In this document: positions 7,349 to 17,800 of the stretch, one piece after another
Position numbering within the stretch: position 1 is the stretch's first letter
Layout of the letters: every line of letters starts with the position of its first letter
DNA from: an uncultured Clostridia bacterium
Lineage (GTDB): Bacteria > Bacillota > Clostridia > Christensenellales > UBA1242
DNA: 64,000 bases
Direction: 5' to 3'
Assembly: GCA_944350115.1 (NCBI GenBank)
Contig: CALVNZ010000001.1
Span: 24,483-88,482, forward strand
Program-made: the position numbers and the translations under genes
Notes under the pieces: generated by a model
Told to the model about the DNA's origin: nothing
The model's database searches: none
What the model saw: only the letters and a program-made list of their open reading frames with translations

Positions 7349-10300
7349 TTAAATCGCTGATTCTTCTTCTTTGACGGTAACAGGCATAACATCGCGATAT
7401 TTTTTAAGCCCTGTTCCCGCTGGAATAAGTTTTCCAATGATAACATTTTCTTTAATACCAATGAGATTGTCAACTTTGCCTTTAAGCGCAGCATCTGTCA
7501 AAACTCTTGAAGTTTCTTGGAAAGATGCGGCTGAAAGGAATGATTCTGTTGACAAAGATGCTTTTGTGATTCCAAGCAAAATACGTTTTGCTGTTGCAGG
7601 AACTCCACCTTCTGAAAGAACTCTGTTGTTCTCTTCTTCGCATCTGTAAAGGTCAACTATTTCGCCAGGCAACAAGTTTGTGTCACCAGAAGACTCAATC
7701 TTAACCTTTTTAAGCATCTGTCTAATGATAATTTCAATATGTTTATCATTAACACCAACATCTTGGCTTCGATAAGCACCAATAACTTCTGAAAGCAAAT
7801 AATCTTGCAATCCTTTAAGTCCACGCAATCTCAACAATTCACTAGGATCAATAGGTCCTTGCGTCAATTGTGATCCAGGCTCAACCATATCTCCATCTTT
7901 TACATTCAAAATAGCAGGTTTTTTGATTTCATATTCCTTGTCACCTTCTTTTGAAATTACAGTGATGATATAGTATTTTGCATCTTGTTTAACTTTAACT
8001 TTTCCAGCCACTTCACTAAGCACGCATTCACCTTTTGGACGACGAGCTTCAAAAATTTCTTCAACTCTTGGAAGACCTTGAGTGATGTCGGCAGCCGCAG
8101 CAGAACCGCCCGAGTGGAAAGTTCTCATAGTAAGCTGAGTTCCAGGTTCACCAATTGATTGAGCAGCGATAACACCAACTGCTTCACCAACAGTGACAAG
8201 ATCTTTGCCTGAAAGATTTCTTCCATAACATTTTGCACAAACGCCATGTTTGCATTTGCAAGTGAGAAGTGAACGAATTTGAACTCTTTTAATTCCAGCT
8301 TTTGAAATTTCAGCAGCTTTTTCTTTGCTTATCATTTCGTTTGCTTTAACGATAATTTCCCCTGTTTGAGGATGAACAATATCATCAACAGCAACACGAC
8401 CATAAATTCTTTCCATCAAAGTTTCTTGCAAGTTTCCACCTTGATAAAGGTCACTTACCCAAACACCTTTGACAGCTTCACCATTGTCAGCAAAGCAATC
8501 TTCACTTGTTACGACAACATCTTGTGAAATATCAACAAGTCTTCTTGTCAAATAACCAGAGTCAGCCGTTTTAAGAGCGGTGTCCATCAAACCTTTTCTG
8601 GCACCACGAGCTGAAAGGAAGTGTTCAACTGGCATCAAACCTTTAATAAAGTTTGATTTAACAGGAATATCAATTTTTTGACCAGAAGCAGCAACTTTCA
8701 AACCGACCATACCACAAAGTGTTGCAAGGTGGTGGGCGTTACCACGAGCACCTGAAATAATAATTGTTTTCAATGGGTTTCCATCTTTTAAATAAGCAAG
8801 TGTGTCTTTGTCAATTTTGTTTTGAACATCGTTCCAAATATCAACGTTTGAGTCAATTTTTTCTTCGTTTGTGATAAGTCCACGCTTAAACAATTTTTCA
8901 TTTTCAAGCACTTTTGCTTCTGCTTCTTCCATGTATTGTTTCTTTGTTGGAGGTTCTTGTCCGTCAAAAGCATTGATTGTGTTTGCAATTAGAGTTGAAT
9001 ATTTATATCCAAGATCTTTAATTTTATCAATTAAAACAGAACATTCGGTTGTTCCAAGCTTGTTGTAAGCAAGAGCAATGATGTTTTTAAGCGTTCCTTT
9101 TGTAACAATGTCATTGTATTCAAGTTCGCAAATATTTTCTTCTTTTGTTCTGTCAATCATAAGTCCTTCTGGCAAAACTTGTGAGAAGATTATTCTACCA
9201 ACAGAAGTTGTAAGTCTTTTTGTATAAACTTTTCCATTAACTTCTCTTGTAAATCTAACTTGAATTTCAGCTTGAATGTCAACGGCGCCTGTTTGATAAG
9301 CGATGATGGCTTCTTCAGGTGAAGCAAAGAAACTTTTTTCTCCTTTCTTCCCTTCAAGAATTTGAGTCATTGAATAGCAACCCAAAATAACGTCTTGCGT
9401 TGGCGTAACGATAGGTTCACCATCTGCCAATTTCAAAATGTTGTTTGATGCAAGCATAAGTGTTCTTGCCTCAGTTCTTGCGTCAATAGAAAGAGGAACG
9501 TGAACCGGCATTTGGTCACCGTCGAAGTCGGCGTTGAACGCTGTACAAGCTGATGGGTGAAGTTTGATCGCTCTTCCTTCAACAAGCACTGGTTCGAAAG
9601 CTTGAACTGAAAGTCTGTGCAAAGTAGGAGCACGGTTCAAAAGAACTGGGTGTTCTTTGATGACTTCGGCAAGAATATCCCAAACGATTGGTTTTTCTCT
9701 TTCAATCATACGCTTAGCGCTTTTGATGTTGTTTGATTTATTGAGTTCAATAAGTCTGTTAATAATGAATGGTTTGAAAAGTTCCAAAGCCATTTCTTTT
9801 GGCAAACCGCATTGATACATTTTAAGTTCAGGGCCAACGACGATAACTGAACGGCCAGAATAGTCAACACGTTTTCCAAGCAAGTTTTGTCTAAATCTTC
9901 CTTGTTTACCGCCCAACATTGAAGTCAAAGATTTCAAATCTCTTTGTTTTGAGCCTTGAACTGCCTTTCCTCTTTTACCATTATCAATAAGGTTGTCAAC
10001 AGCTTCTTGAAGCATACGCTTTTCATTTCTAATAATAACTTCTGGAGCTCCAAGTTCCATAAGTTTTTTCAAACGATTGTTTCTGTTAATAACTCTTCTA
10101 TAAAGGTCGTTTAAGTCAGAAGAAGCATATCTTCCACCATCAAGAGGCACCATAGGTCTCAAATCTGGTGGCAAAACAGGAAGCACATCCAAAACCATCC
10201 ATGTTGGATCATTTCCACTTTTGATGAATGATTCAACAACATCAAGTTTTTTAATTGCCTTGATTCTTCTTTGACCTTTCATTGTTGGAAGAGCTTCTTT

Positions 10301-10876
10301 CAAAGCTTTGCTTTCTTTTTTCAAATCAACTTGAGAAAGAAGCTTTTTAATAGCTTCCGCACCCATAGACGCTTCAAAAGAACCATAACCATATTTTTCA
10401 ATAGCGTCTCTATATTCTTTGTCAGTGATGACTTGTTTGTAAACAAATTCAGTTTGTTTTGGGTCAATGACAATGTAGTTGACATAGTAAACAACTTGTT
10501 CCAAAGTTTTTGGAGTGAGATCAAGCAAAGTTCCAATTCTTGAAGGAACGGAACGGAAATACCAAAGATGAGTCACAGGAGCAGCAAGTTCGATGTGTCC
10601 CATTCTTTCACGTCTTACTTTTGCTCTTGTAACTTCAACTCCACATTTGTCACAAACCACGCCACGATATCTGATTCTCTTATATTTACCGCAGTGACAT
10701 TCCCAGTCTTTTCTAGGTCCGAAAATCTTTTCGCAAAAAAGTCCGTCCTTTTCAGGTTTTTGAGTCCTATAATTGATTGTTTCTGGCTTTGTCACTTCGC
10801 CATGAGACCATTCACGGATTTTTTCCGGAGAGGCGATCCCAATTCTAATTGAATCAAAGTTGTTAAGTTCAAACAT
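7349..10876 (-). CDS. rpoC: DNA-directed RNA polymerase subunit beta'
   Basis: 1175 aa with the NADFDGDQM catalytic motif, the zinc-binding [14 protein letters not shown], and similarity along the whole length. Confidence 0.98.
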   Translation of the reverse strand: MFELNNFDSIRIGIASPEKIREWSHGEVTKPETINYRTQKPEKDGLFCEKIFGPRKDWECHCGKYKRIRYRGVVCDKCGVEVTRAKVRRERMGHIELAAPVTHLWYFRSVPSRIGTLLDLTPKTLEQVVYYVNYIVIDPKQTEFVYKQVITDKEYRDAIEKYGYGSFEASMGAEAIKKLLSQVDLKKESKALKEALPTMKGQRRIKAIKKLDVVESFIKSGNDPTWMVLDVLPVLPPDLRPMVPLDGGRYASSDLNDLYRRVINRNNRLKKLMELGAPEVIIRNEKRMLQEAVDNLIDNGKRGKAVQGSKQRDLKSLTSMLGGKQGRFRQNLLGKRVDYSGRSVIVVGPELKMYQCGLPKEMALELFKPFIINRLIELNKSNNIKSAKRMIEREKPIVWDILAEVIKEHPVLLNRAPTLHRLSVQAFEPVLVEGRAIKLHPSACTAFNADFDGDQMPVHVPLSIDARTEARTLMLASNNILKLADGEPIVTPTQDVILGCYSMTQILEGKKGEKSFFASPEEAIIAYQTGAVDIQAEIQVRFTREVNGKVYTKRLTTSVGRIIFSQVLPEGLMIDRTKEENICELEYNDIVTKGTLKNIIALAYNKLGTTECSVLIDKIKDLGYKYSTLIANTINAFDGQEPPTKKQYMEEAEAKVLENEKLFKRGLITNEEKIDSNVDIWNDVQNKIDKDTLAYLKDGNPLKTIIISGARGNAHHLATLCGMVGLKVAASGQKIDIPVKSNFIKGLMPVEHFLSARGARKGLMDTALKTADSGYLTRRLVDISQDVVVTSEDCFADNGEAVKGVWVSDLYQGGNLQETLMERIYGRVAVDDIVHPQTGEIIVKANEMISKEKAAEISKAGIKRVQIRSLLTCKCKHGVCAKCYGRNLSGKDLVTVGEAVGVIAAQSIGEPGTQLTMRTFHSGGSAAAADITQGLPRVEEIFEARRPKGECVLSEVAGKVKVKQDAKYYIITVISKEGDKEYEIKKPAILNVKDGDMVEPGSQLTQGPIDPSELLRLRGLKGLQDYLLSEVIGAYRSQDVGVNDKHIEIIIRQMLKKVKIESSGDTNLLPGEIVDLYRCEEENNRVLSEGGVPATAKRILLGITKASLSTESFLSAASFQETSRVLTDAALKGKVDNLIGIKENVIIGKLIPAGTGLKKYRDVMPVTVKEEESAI

Positions 10877-10903
10877 AACTTTTCTCCCTTTTATTTCCTA
10901 AAA

Positions 10904-13900
10904 TTATTCGTCAAAATCTCCAAAGTCGTCGAAGAGATCAACTTCACTAATTTCAGGATGTTCTGTATCTTCTTCCATAGACTTCTTTATTTCTTCATCT
11001 TCTTTTTCTTTTGCTTCTTGAGAAAGAAGTTCATCAAAATCTAATGACAATTCATCAAAATCATGTTCTGCTTCAACCGGAGTGATATGTTGATCTTGTT
11101 CGTCCATTGAAAGTTCATTGATAGAAATTTCTTGGTTGTTGTCTGTCAAGATTTTGATATCAAGGCCGAGAGCTTGAAGTTCTTTAACCAAAACCTTAAA
11201 TGATTCTGGAATTCCAGGTTCAGCAATAGGTTGACCTTTGATGATAGATTCATAAGTCTTAACTCTGCCCACAACGTCATCGGACTTGATTGTAAGCATT
11301 TCTTGAAGGACATGACTTGCACCATAAGCTTCAAGAGCCCAAACTTCCATTTCACCAAATCTTTGTCCACCGAACAATGATTTACCGCCAAGAGGTTGTT
11401 GTGTGATGAGAGAGTAAGAACCGATTGAACGAGCATGGATTTTTGAGTCAACCATGTGTTCAAGTTTAAGCATATATTTTGTTCCAACAGTTGTGAGATT
11501 GTTGAAAGGTTCACCAGTTCTTCCATCATAAAGTTGAACTTTGCCGTCTGCTGGGAAATTGTTGCTTACAAGAAGTTCTCTAATTTGGTTGATGTCTGCA
11601 CCATCAAAGTCAGGCGTTGCAATCTTCCAACCCAAACTTCCCGCAACAAGTCCAAGGTGAGTTTCAAGAGTCTGTCCAACGTTCATACGAGAAGCAACGC
11701 CAAGAGGATTCAACAAAATGTCAATTGTCTTTCCGTTTGCCATAAACGGCATATCATTTTCTGGCATAATGATTGAAACGACACCTTTGTTGCCGTAACG
11801 ACCGGCCATTTTATCGCCGACAGAAAGTTTACGTTTTTGAGCGATGATGACTTTAACCATCATGTTAACGCCAGCATCAAGTTCGTCTTTGTTTTTCTTT
11901 GAGAAAACTTGAACATCAACAACGACACCTTCACTTCCGTGTTTAACACGCAAAGATGTGTCTCTCACTTCTCTGGCTTTGTCACCAAAGATAGCGCGAA
12001 GCAATCTTTCTTCTGGCGTGAGTTCTGTCTCGCCTTTTGGTGTAACTTTACCAACCAAAATGTCGCCAGGACGAACTTCGGCACCAATTCTAATAATTCC
12101 ATCTTCATCAAGGTTTTTAAGAGCTTCTTCACCAAGGTTAGGAATATCTCTTGTGATCACTTCATCACCAAGTTTGGTGTTTCTGCAATAAATTTCTTCG
12201 TCTTTAAGAATAATTGTTGTGTAAACATCTTCTTTAACAAGTCTTTCGTTGATTAAAATAGCATCTTCGAAGTTGTATCCTTCCCAGTTCATGTAACCAA
12301 CAAGCACGTTTTTACCAAGAGCAAGTTCACCATTATCGCAAGCGAAACCATCGATAATAACATCGCCTGCCTTAACTTTTTCACCTTTTTTAACGCAAGG
12401 TTTTTGGTTGTTGCAAGTTTCGTTGTTAGTCTTTTCAAATTTTGTCAATTTGTAAATGTCTTCGTCACCTTTTTCAGTGAGAATTCTAATTTCATCAGCA
12501 CTCACATAGGAAACTGTTCCGGCGCGTTTAGCCAAGCCCAAATGTCCGCTGTCACGAGCAGCTCTATATTCCATTCCGGTTCCAACAATTGGCGCTTCTG
12601 GACGAAGAACAGGCACAGCCTGACGTTGCATGTTTGCACCCATAAGCACACGGTTAACTTCGTTTGAGTTCAAAAATGGAATTAAAGCACTTGCCACAGA
12701 GATGTATTGTCTTGGAGAAACATCCATGTAATCAATTTGACTTGCAGGCACTTCTGCAATAACTGCGCCATGTCTAGCCATAACACGCTTGTTTATAAAT
12801 CTGCCTTCTTCATCAAGCGGTTCAATTGCTTGTGCAATGTAAGCAGTGTCCTCAACATCTGCCATTTTATATTCATAGTTCTTTGAAACAATTCCCGTCG
12901 TCTTGTCAACTGGACGATAAGGGGTTTCAAGGAAACCATATTCATTAACTTTTACATAAGTTGCAAGTGTGTCAATAAGACCAATGTTTTGACCTTCTGG
13001 CGTTTCAATAGCACAAATTCTTCCATAGTGTGTGTAGTGAATATCACGAATTCCAATATCCGCTCTTTCCTTTTTAACACCACCAGGACCAACAGCGGAA
13101 ATACGGCGTTTTTGTGAAAGTTCTGAAAGAGGGTTCTTTTGTTCAAGAAGCTGTGAAAGTTGTGATTGTGAAATAAAATCTTTCAAAGCTTTGTTCACAG
13201 GTTTTGGATTGATGATTTGCGATGGAGTAACTTGGTCAAGTTCTTTCCCTTGCAAAGATTCTTTAATGTTTGTTGTCAATTTTTGCACACCAGGACGGAA
13301 CGCTTTTGTCAAAAGAAGTTCACCCACTGTTGCAAGTCTTTTGTTTGAAAGGTGGTCAACATTATCAAGGCTTCCAATTCCTTCCAAAACATCAAGATAA
13401 CAGCTTATTGTTGCAAGGATGTCATCCATAGTAAGGGTTGTGATAACAAGATTTTTTGCGTTTGCCTTGATTGCTTCAATGCGTTTTTCTTTGGTTTTGT
13501 TTTCTTTCAAAATTTGCATCAAAGCAGGATAGTAAACTTCTTCTTTGATTCCGAGAGCATTTTCATCACATGGGAAAACTGCTGAAAGACGAACTCTGTT
13601 GTTTCCTCTCATCAAATGACGTTTGCCATTAACAGAAACCCAAATTTCATTAATTCCAGCATCTTGAATTTTTCTTGCTTTTTCAGCAGTAAAGATTTCA
13701 CCAGCTTTAACAATCACTTCATCATCATTGATGACAACATTGTCAGCACTGATAAGTCCAACAATTCTGTTTGCAAGTGAAAGCCTATTGTTAACTTTAA
13801 ATCTTCCAGCTTTTGCAAGGTTATAGTAATTGTCAGTAAAGAATGAAACATTCAAATAGTTTCTTGTTGATTCAGCAGATGGAATGTCTGAAGGGCGAGA

Positions 13901-14614
13901 TTTTCTTGCAAATTCCAAAAGTGCTTCATCTTGAGTTTGTTGTGGTTCGCGTTCAAGAGCCGCTTTAATATATTTGTTGTCACCAAAAAGTTTGGCAATT
14001 TCTTGACTAGAAAAACCAAAACATTTTAAGAACAATCCAATAGAGAATTTATCGGCACGATTGACAACCATTTTGACAGCTTCATTTGCGCCTTGTTCAA
14101 TTTCAAGCCACATTCCTCTTTCAGGAATAATTTGAGCTTTCAAAGTTGCATTGTCTTCTTTTTCACGTGTCAAATAAACGTTTGGAGAACGAACGATTTG
14201 TGAAACGACAGCCCTTTCAATTCCGTTTGTAATGAAAGATCCAGTTTCAGTCATCAAAGGAATGTCTCCAAAGAAAACTTCTTGTTCGACAGCTTCACCA
14301 GTTTCTTCCACAACAAATCTAGCCTTAACTTTAAGTGGAACAAAATAAGAAGCTCCCCTTCTCTTGCATTCTTGAATGCTGTATTTTGGCTCGGTGGCAA
14401 GATTCATGTCCAAGAAATAGAGTTTTGCTTTACCACTGTAATCAACGACAGGTGAAAACTCATCAAGCACACTTCTGATGCCATGTTCGATAAAATTTTT
14501 ATAAGAATCTTTTTGAATATCTAAAAGCCCAGGGATTGGAGCAATCTCGTCAAGCTTTGCGAAAGAATATCTTTCAGTTCTACCAAATTTTTGTTTTTTA
14601 ATACTAAGTGACAT
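10904..14614 (-). CDS. rpoB: DNA-directed RNA polymerase subunit beta
   Basis: Conserved RpoB blocks throughout (GRYGNKGVVS, NPLGVASRMNVGQ, LKLEHMVDSKIHARS). Start moved to the ATG at 14614 (MSLSIKKQKFGR..) with AAGGAG 10 nt upstream, rather than the track's TTG at 14644. Confidence 0.97.
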   Translation of the reverse strand: MSLSIKKQKFGRTERYSFAKLDEIAPIPGLLDIQKDSYKNFIEHGIRSVLDEFSPVVDYSGKAKLYFLDMNLATEPKYSIQECKRRGASYFVPLKVKARFVVEETGEAVEQEVFFGDIPLMTETGSFITNGIERAVVSQIVRSPNVYLTREKEDNATLKAQIIPERGMWLEIEQGANEAVKMVVNRADKFSIGLFLKCFGFSSQEIAKLFGDNKYIKAALEREPQQTQDEALLEFARKSRPSDIPSAESTRNYLNVSFFTDNYYNLAKAGRFKVNNRLSLANRIVGLISADNVVINDDEVIVKAGEIFTAEKARKIQDAGINEIWVSVNGKRHLMRGNNRVRLSAVFPCDENALGIKEEVYYPALMQILKENKTKEKRIEAIKANAKNLVITTLTMDDILATISCYLDVLEGIGSLDNVDHLSNKRLATVGELLLTKAFRPGVQKLTTNIKESLQGKELDQVTPSQIINPKPVNKALKDFISQSQLSQLLEQKNPLSELSQKRRISAVGPGGVKKERADIGIRDIHYTHYGRICAIETPEGQNIGLIDTLATYVKVNEYGFLETPYRPVDKTTGIVSKNYEYKMADVEDTAYIAQAIEPLDEEGRFINKRVMARHGAVIAEVPASQIDYMDVSPRQYISVASALIPFLNSNEVNRVLMGANMQRQAVPVLRPEAPIVGTGMEYRAARDSGHLGLAKRAGTVSYVSADEIRILTEKGDEDIYKLTKFEKTNNETCNNQKPCVKKGEKVKAGDVIIDGFACDNGELALGKNVLVGYMNWEGYNFEDAILINERLVKEDVYTTIILKDEEIYCRNTKLGDEVITRDIPNLGEEALKNLDEDGIIRIGAEVRPGDILVGKVTPKGETELTPEERLLRAIFGDKAREVRDTSLRVKHGSEGVVVDVQVFSKKNKDELDAGVNMMVKVIIAQKRKLSVGDKMAGRYGNKGVVSIIMPENDMPFMANGKTIDILLNPLGVASRMNVGQTLETHLGLVAGSLGWKIATPDFDGADINQIRELLVSNNFPADGKVQLYDGRTGEPFNNLTTVGTKYMLKLEHMVDSKIHARSIGSYSLITQQPLGGKSLFGGQRFGEMEVWALEAYGASHVLQEMLTIKSDDVVGRVKTYESIIKGQPIAEPGIPESFKVLVKELQALGLDIKILTDNNQEISINELSMDEQDQHITPVEAEHDFDELSLDFDELLSQEAKEKEDEEIKKSMEEDTEHPEISEVDLFDDFGDFDE

Positions 14615-14665
14615 ATCCAGCTTTCTCCTTAAATTCTCCGACAAAATTGCATTTTGTTAAAGGAC

Positions 14666-14708
14666 AAAAAAAAGGGCAAGCAACACCAAAAAGGTGTCAC
14701 TTAACCCC
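14666..14708 (-). promoter_or_regulatory. Terminator-like hairpin plus U8 inside the rpoB 5' leader (candidate attenuator / read-through insulator)
   Basis: Minus strand reads GGGGTTAAGTGACACC-TTTTT-GGTGTTGCTTGCCC-TTTTTTTT. The stem is 14 bp and imperfect (10 WC, 3 GU, 1 mismatch). It lies between the promoter and the SD/ATG. Confidence 0.55.
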
Positions 14709-14764
14709 TTAATTTTAAGCTTTTTTGAACCCTTCTCTTTTCACTTGCAACATTCGTCAATGAG

Positions 14765-14793
14765 ATTTTATCATATCACAACATTTTTGTCAA
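14765..14793 (-). promoter_or_regulatory. SigA-type promoter for rpoBC
   Basis: Minus strand reads TTGACA (14793-14788), a 17-nt spacer ending in TGa, then TAAAAT (14770-14765). Confidence 0.7.
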
Positions 14794-14851
14794 CAGTTTT
14801 TTTGAAAAAAATGATTAAAAGTTGCTATTTTATAACTAATTGTTGCCGAAA

Positions 14852-17800
14852 TTAAATTTTTAATAACTCCTCAAAAGCAAGAGTTGAAAAATCAGTAAGC
14901 GAAGCGTTCCAGATTCGTGAACCTACTTCAACAAAATTAAGTGTTATTGTGTCATCATCACTAACAGTCAAACCAACATATTTATACAAAGTTTCACTAG
15001 CGAACTCACTTATGTTTGTCTCGTAAGTGCCATTTTCTACAATGTTTGCACCAACGATTTTTGCGATATCGCTTGCGCTCTTACCTGACAAATCCTTTCC
15101 ATCTAATGTCATAAACAAGCCTTTGTATCTGTCCAAATTAAGCCTTTGTGCAAAAGCCAAATCCCCCAAACTACTTCCACCATTTGCTGCAAAAACATCT
15201 GTGCCATATTCATTTTGATAAATGTAAATATCTGACAAATATTTCCTAGCTTTAATCGTCGTGAAGTTTTTGTTTAATATGTCATCTTGTTGGCCCTTAT
15301 ATGACCAAATTGAAGAGTTAAACACATAGTTTACGTTAGTTGTTTGCTTAACTTTATTTTCAAACACCACATCTTTTGCTGTGTCATTATTGGCAACATC
15401 TGCGTCTATATAATTAGAATCGCCAATTTTAAATGAATCTAAAAATGTAGTTGTGCCACTATTGCTATAATATTTTCTTTGAACATTTGCCGTGGCATCT
15501 GTTGAAGACTTGTCTTCCACAGTTATATTAAATTTTGATGTCGAATAAATAGTGTCTAACGAAGGGGTAAGATTGTTTGTGTTCCCAATAATTCCCCCAA
15601 AGTTCACTTCCATTTCGCTTGTGTAAGCAAATGTTTCCATAGTTATATCTGCTTGAACATAGGAGTTTTGAACGCTTATGCCTGCACCAGTATATGAGCT
15701 TTGTCCTTCAGTTGAAGTCACTATTTGTGATTCCACATTTCCAATTATTCCACCAACAACAGGTTTTGTGTTTTGTCCTTCAACTTTCAAAGTTGAAGGT
15801 TTGATTGCAACTTGATCAACAGTGACAAAATTTGTGTTTGCACTAACTTGCCCAATCAATCCACCCAAAACATTTCTCGCTGTTAAATCTGCATCAACGA
15901 CAGTTCGAGATACTTTAACTGAGCCCCCATCAACAAGTCCGATAAGTCCGCCAACATAGTTTATTGTGTTAACATCAACAGTTGCAATAGGTTGATTCCC
16001 AACTGCAAAACCTTGTCCCATATATGCAAGGTAAATCGTTGCACTGTCTTTTGCGAGGCCAACAAGCCCGCCAACAGCTGTTGCGACATAAGGTTTAAGT
16101 TCAAAAATTTGATGTTGAACTCCAAGGCCGTAAACATAAACATTTGAAATTGAGCCTTTAAGTTCACCTGCAATCATTCCGCCATACGAATATGCTTTAA
16201 TATACATTTCTGCGTTGATGTTGACTGAAATTTGATCTGCTTTGCTTTGCGATGAAATTCCACCAAACATTAATCCCGCTTTTGCACCAGTGATATTTAC
16301 AGCCCCATTTTTGATGGTTATGATGCTTGCTTGTCCCCTTCCACCAAGATAGCCAACTATACCTCCTGCGAAAGAAGCCTTATCTAAATCAGAAGTTTCA
16401 AAATCATTTTCGTTGGTCACAGCTGGAACAAATGTGGCAAAGGCGCTAATGTAAGCATCAACATTTTTAATTGCAAATTCGCCTTGCGTCAAACCTATAA
16501 CACCACCGACAATATTTTTTCCACTTGCAGTAATAAGGCTATCAACATCCGTTGTCTCACTTGTTGTTGTTGAAGCATAAACTGTTATATTATAAATGTT
16601 AGCATATTGAACAAGCCCACTTAAAGAACCGACCACATTTGCATTTGCAAAATCAACAAGTTTTGGTTGTAGGTTTAAGTTCATAATAGTCGCATATTTT
16701 GTGCTTGTTCCTGAAACAGAACCAAAAAGTCCTGCATAATTCAAACTATCATTTGAAGTAATCTTAATTCCGCTTATTTTCATTCCATTGGCTTCAAGAT
16801 TTCCTTTAAATGTTATTTTATATAAATTTGAAAAATTCGAAACTTGGGATGAATAATCTATGTCTTTTACAATACGATAGTAGCCATCTGCAATATTGTT
16901 AGGTGTTGAAAAATAATCTTCCATTGTTTCAGGAGAATGAATGATGTATGGATTGTAAGCTGTTCCATTCGCTGGTGAATTTGGTGCTGTTTCATACAAG
17001 TATGTAACAACTCCGTCTTGACTAACACTTGTCCCTGCACTCACACGTTGACCAGTTGCAACAAGATTTGCTGAAACAAGTTCAAGTCTTCCGCCAGCAA
17101 ATTGCGTCCCATTAAATTCTGAACTTGTTGAGCCTTTGCTGTAAAACCACACAGAATTATAACTTGGATTGCTTGAATAACTGTAATTAGCAAAATATTT
17201 TGTCAGATCTTCAAAGTCATTTTGCTCGCCCTTTTCCTCGTCCTTTTCCTCGTCCTTTTCCTCGTCCTTTTGCTCGTCCTTATAATAGTTCAATCCCGTC
17301 ACGCCTTCAAAAGTTTTGTTAAACAGGCTTGCATTAATTTCTCCTGTGATGTAATAACAATCTTCAAACGAACCGGAAGAGTCACTAGCGAAATAATAGT
17401 CAACAGCACTGTTCCCGCGCAAAATTTTGCTTGTTGTGAAACTACGAACAATTTTTCCTTCGTTGTAAAGCACAAAGCCTGCGCTTGACGAATCTGAAAG
17501 AACAGGAAGATTTGCATAGCAATCAGAAACTGTGCCTTTGTTAGTATGGATAAATGCCCCCGCTGAAACACGAGAATCAATTTGACTTGTTTTGCCATTA
17601 ACTTCTTCGTCGGAATATGGTTTTGACATATCGACAATACCAGAAGTATAACTTGTCATGATTGTTGCATTTTCAGTGTTTTCTGCAACAAACCCACCAA
17701 CAGAGAATATCGTCGCATATTGCGAACGAGAGATCAAATTCCCCTCTTTAAACGCAGAAGAAGAAATAATTTTTGAATTGACACCTGCGACTCCACCCAT

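Noticed and set aside
10904-11110. About 70-aa highly acidic C-terminal tail of RpoB (..DFDELSLDFDELLSQEAKEKEDEE..DLFDDFGDFDE)
   Set aside because: Acidic C-terminal extensions of RpoB are common in Bacillota (B. subtilis has one), so this is not unusual.
7285-14644. Dozens of 60-130-aa ORFs inside or antisense to rpoC and rpoB (e.g. 10271-10543, 11146-11529, 11909-12256)
   Set aside because: They are fully nested in highly conserved essential genes, with no start signals. Their composition is typical of off-frame translation.
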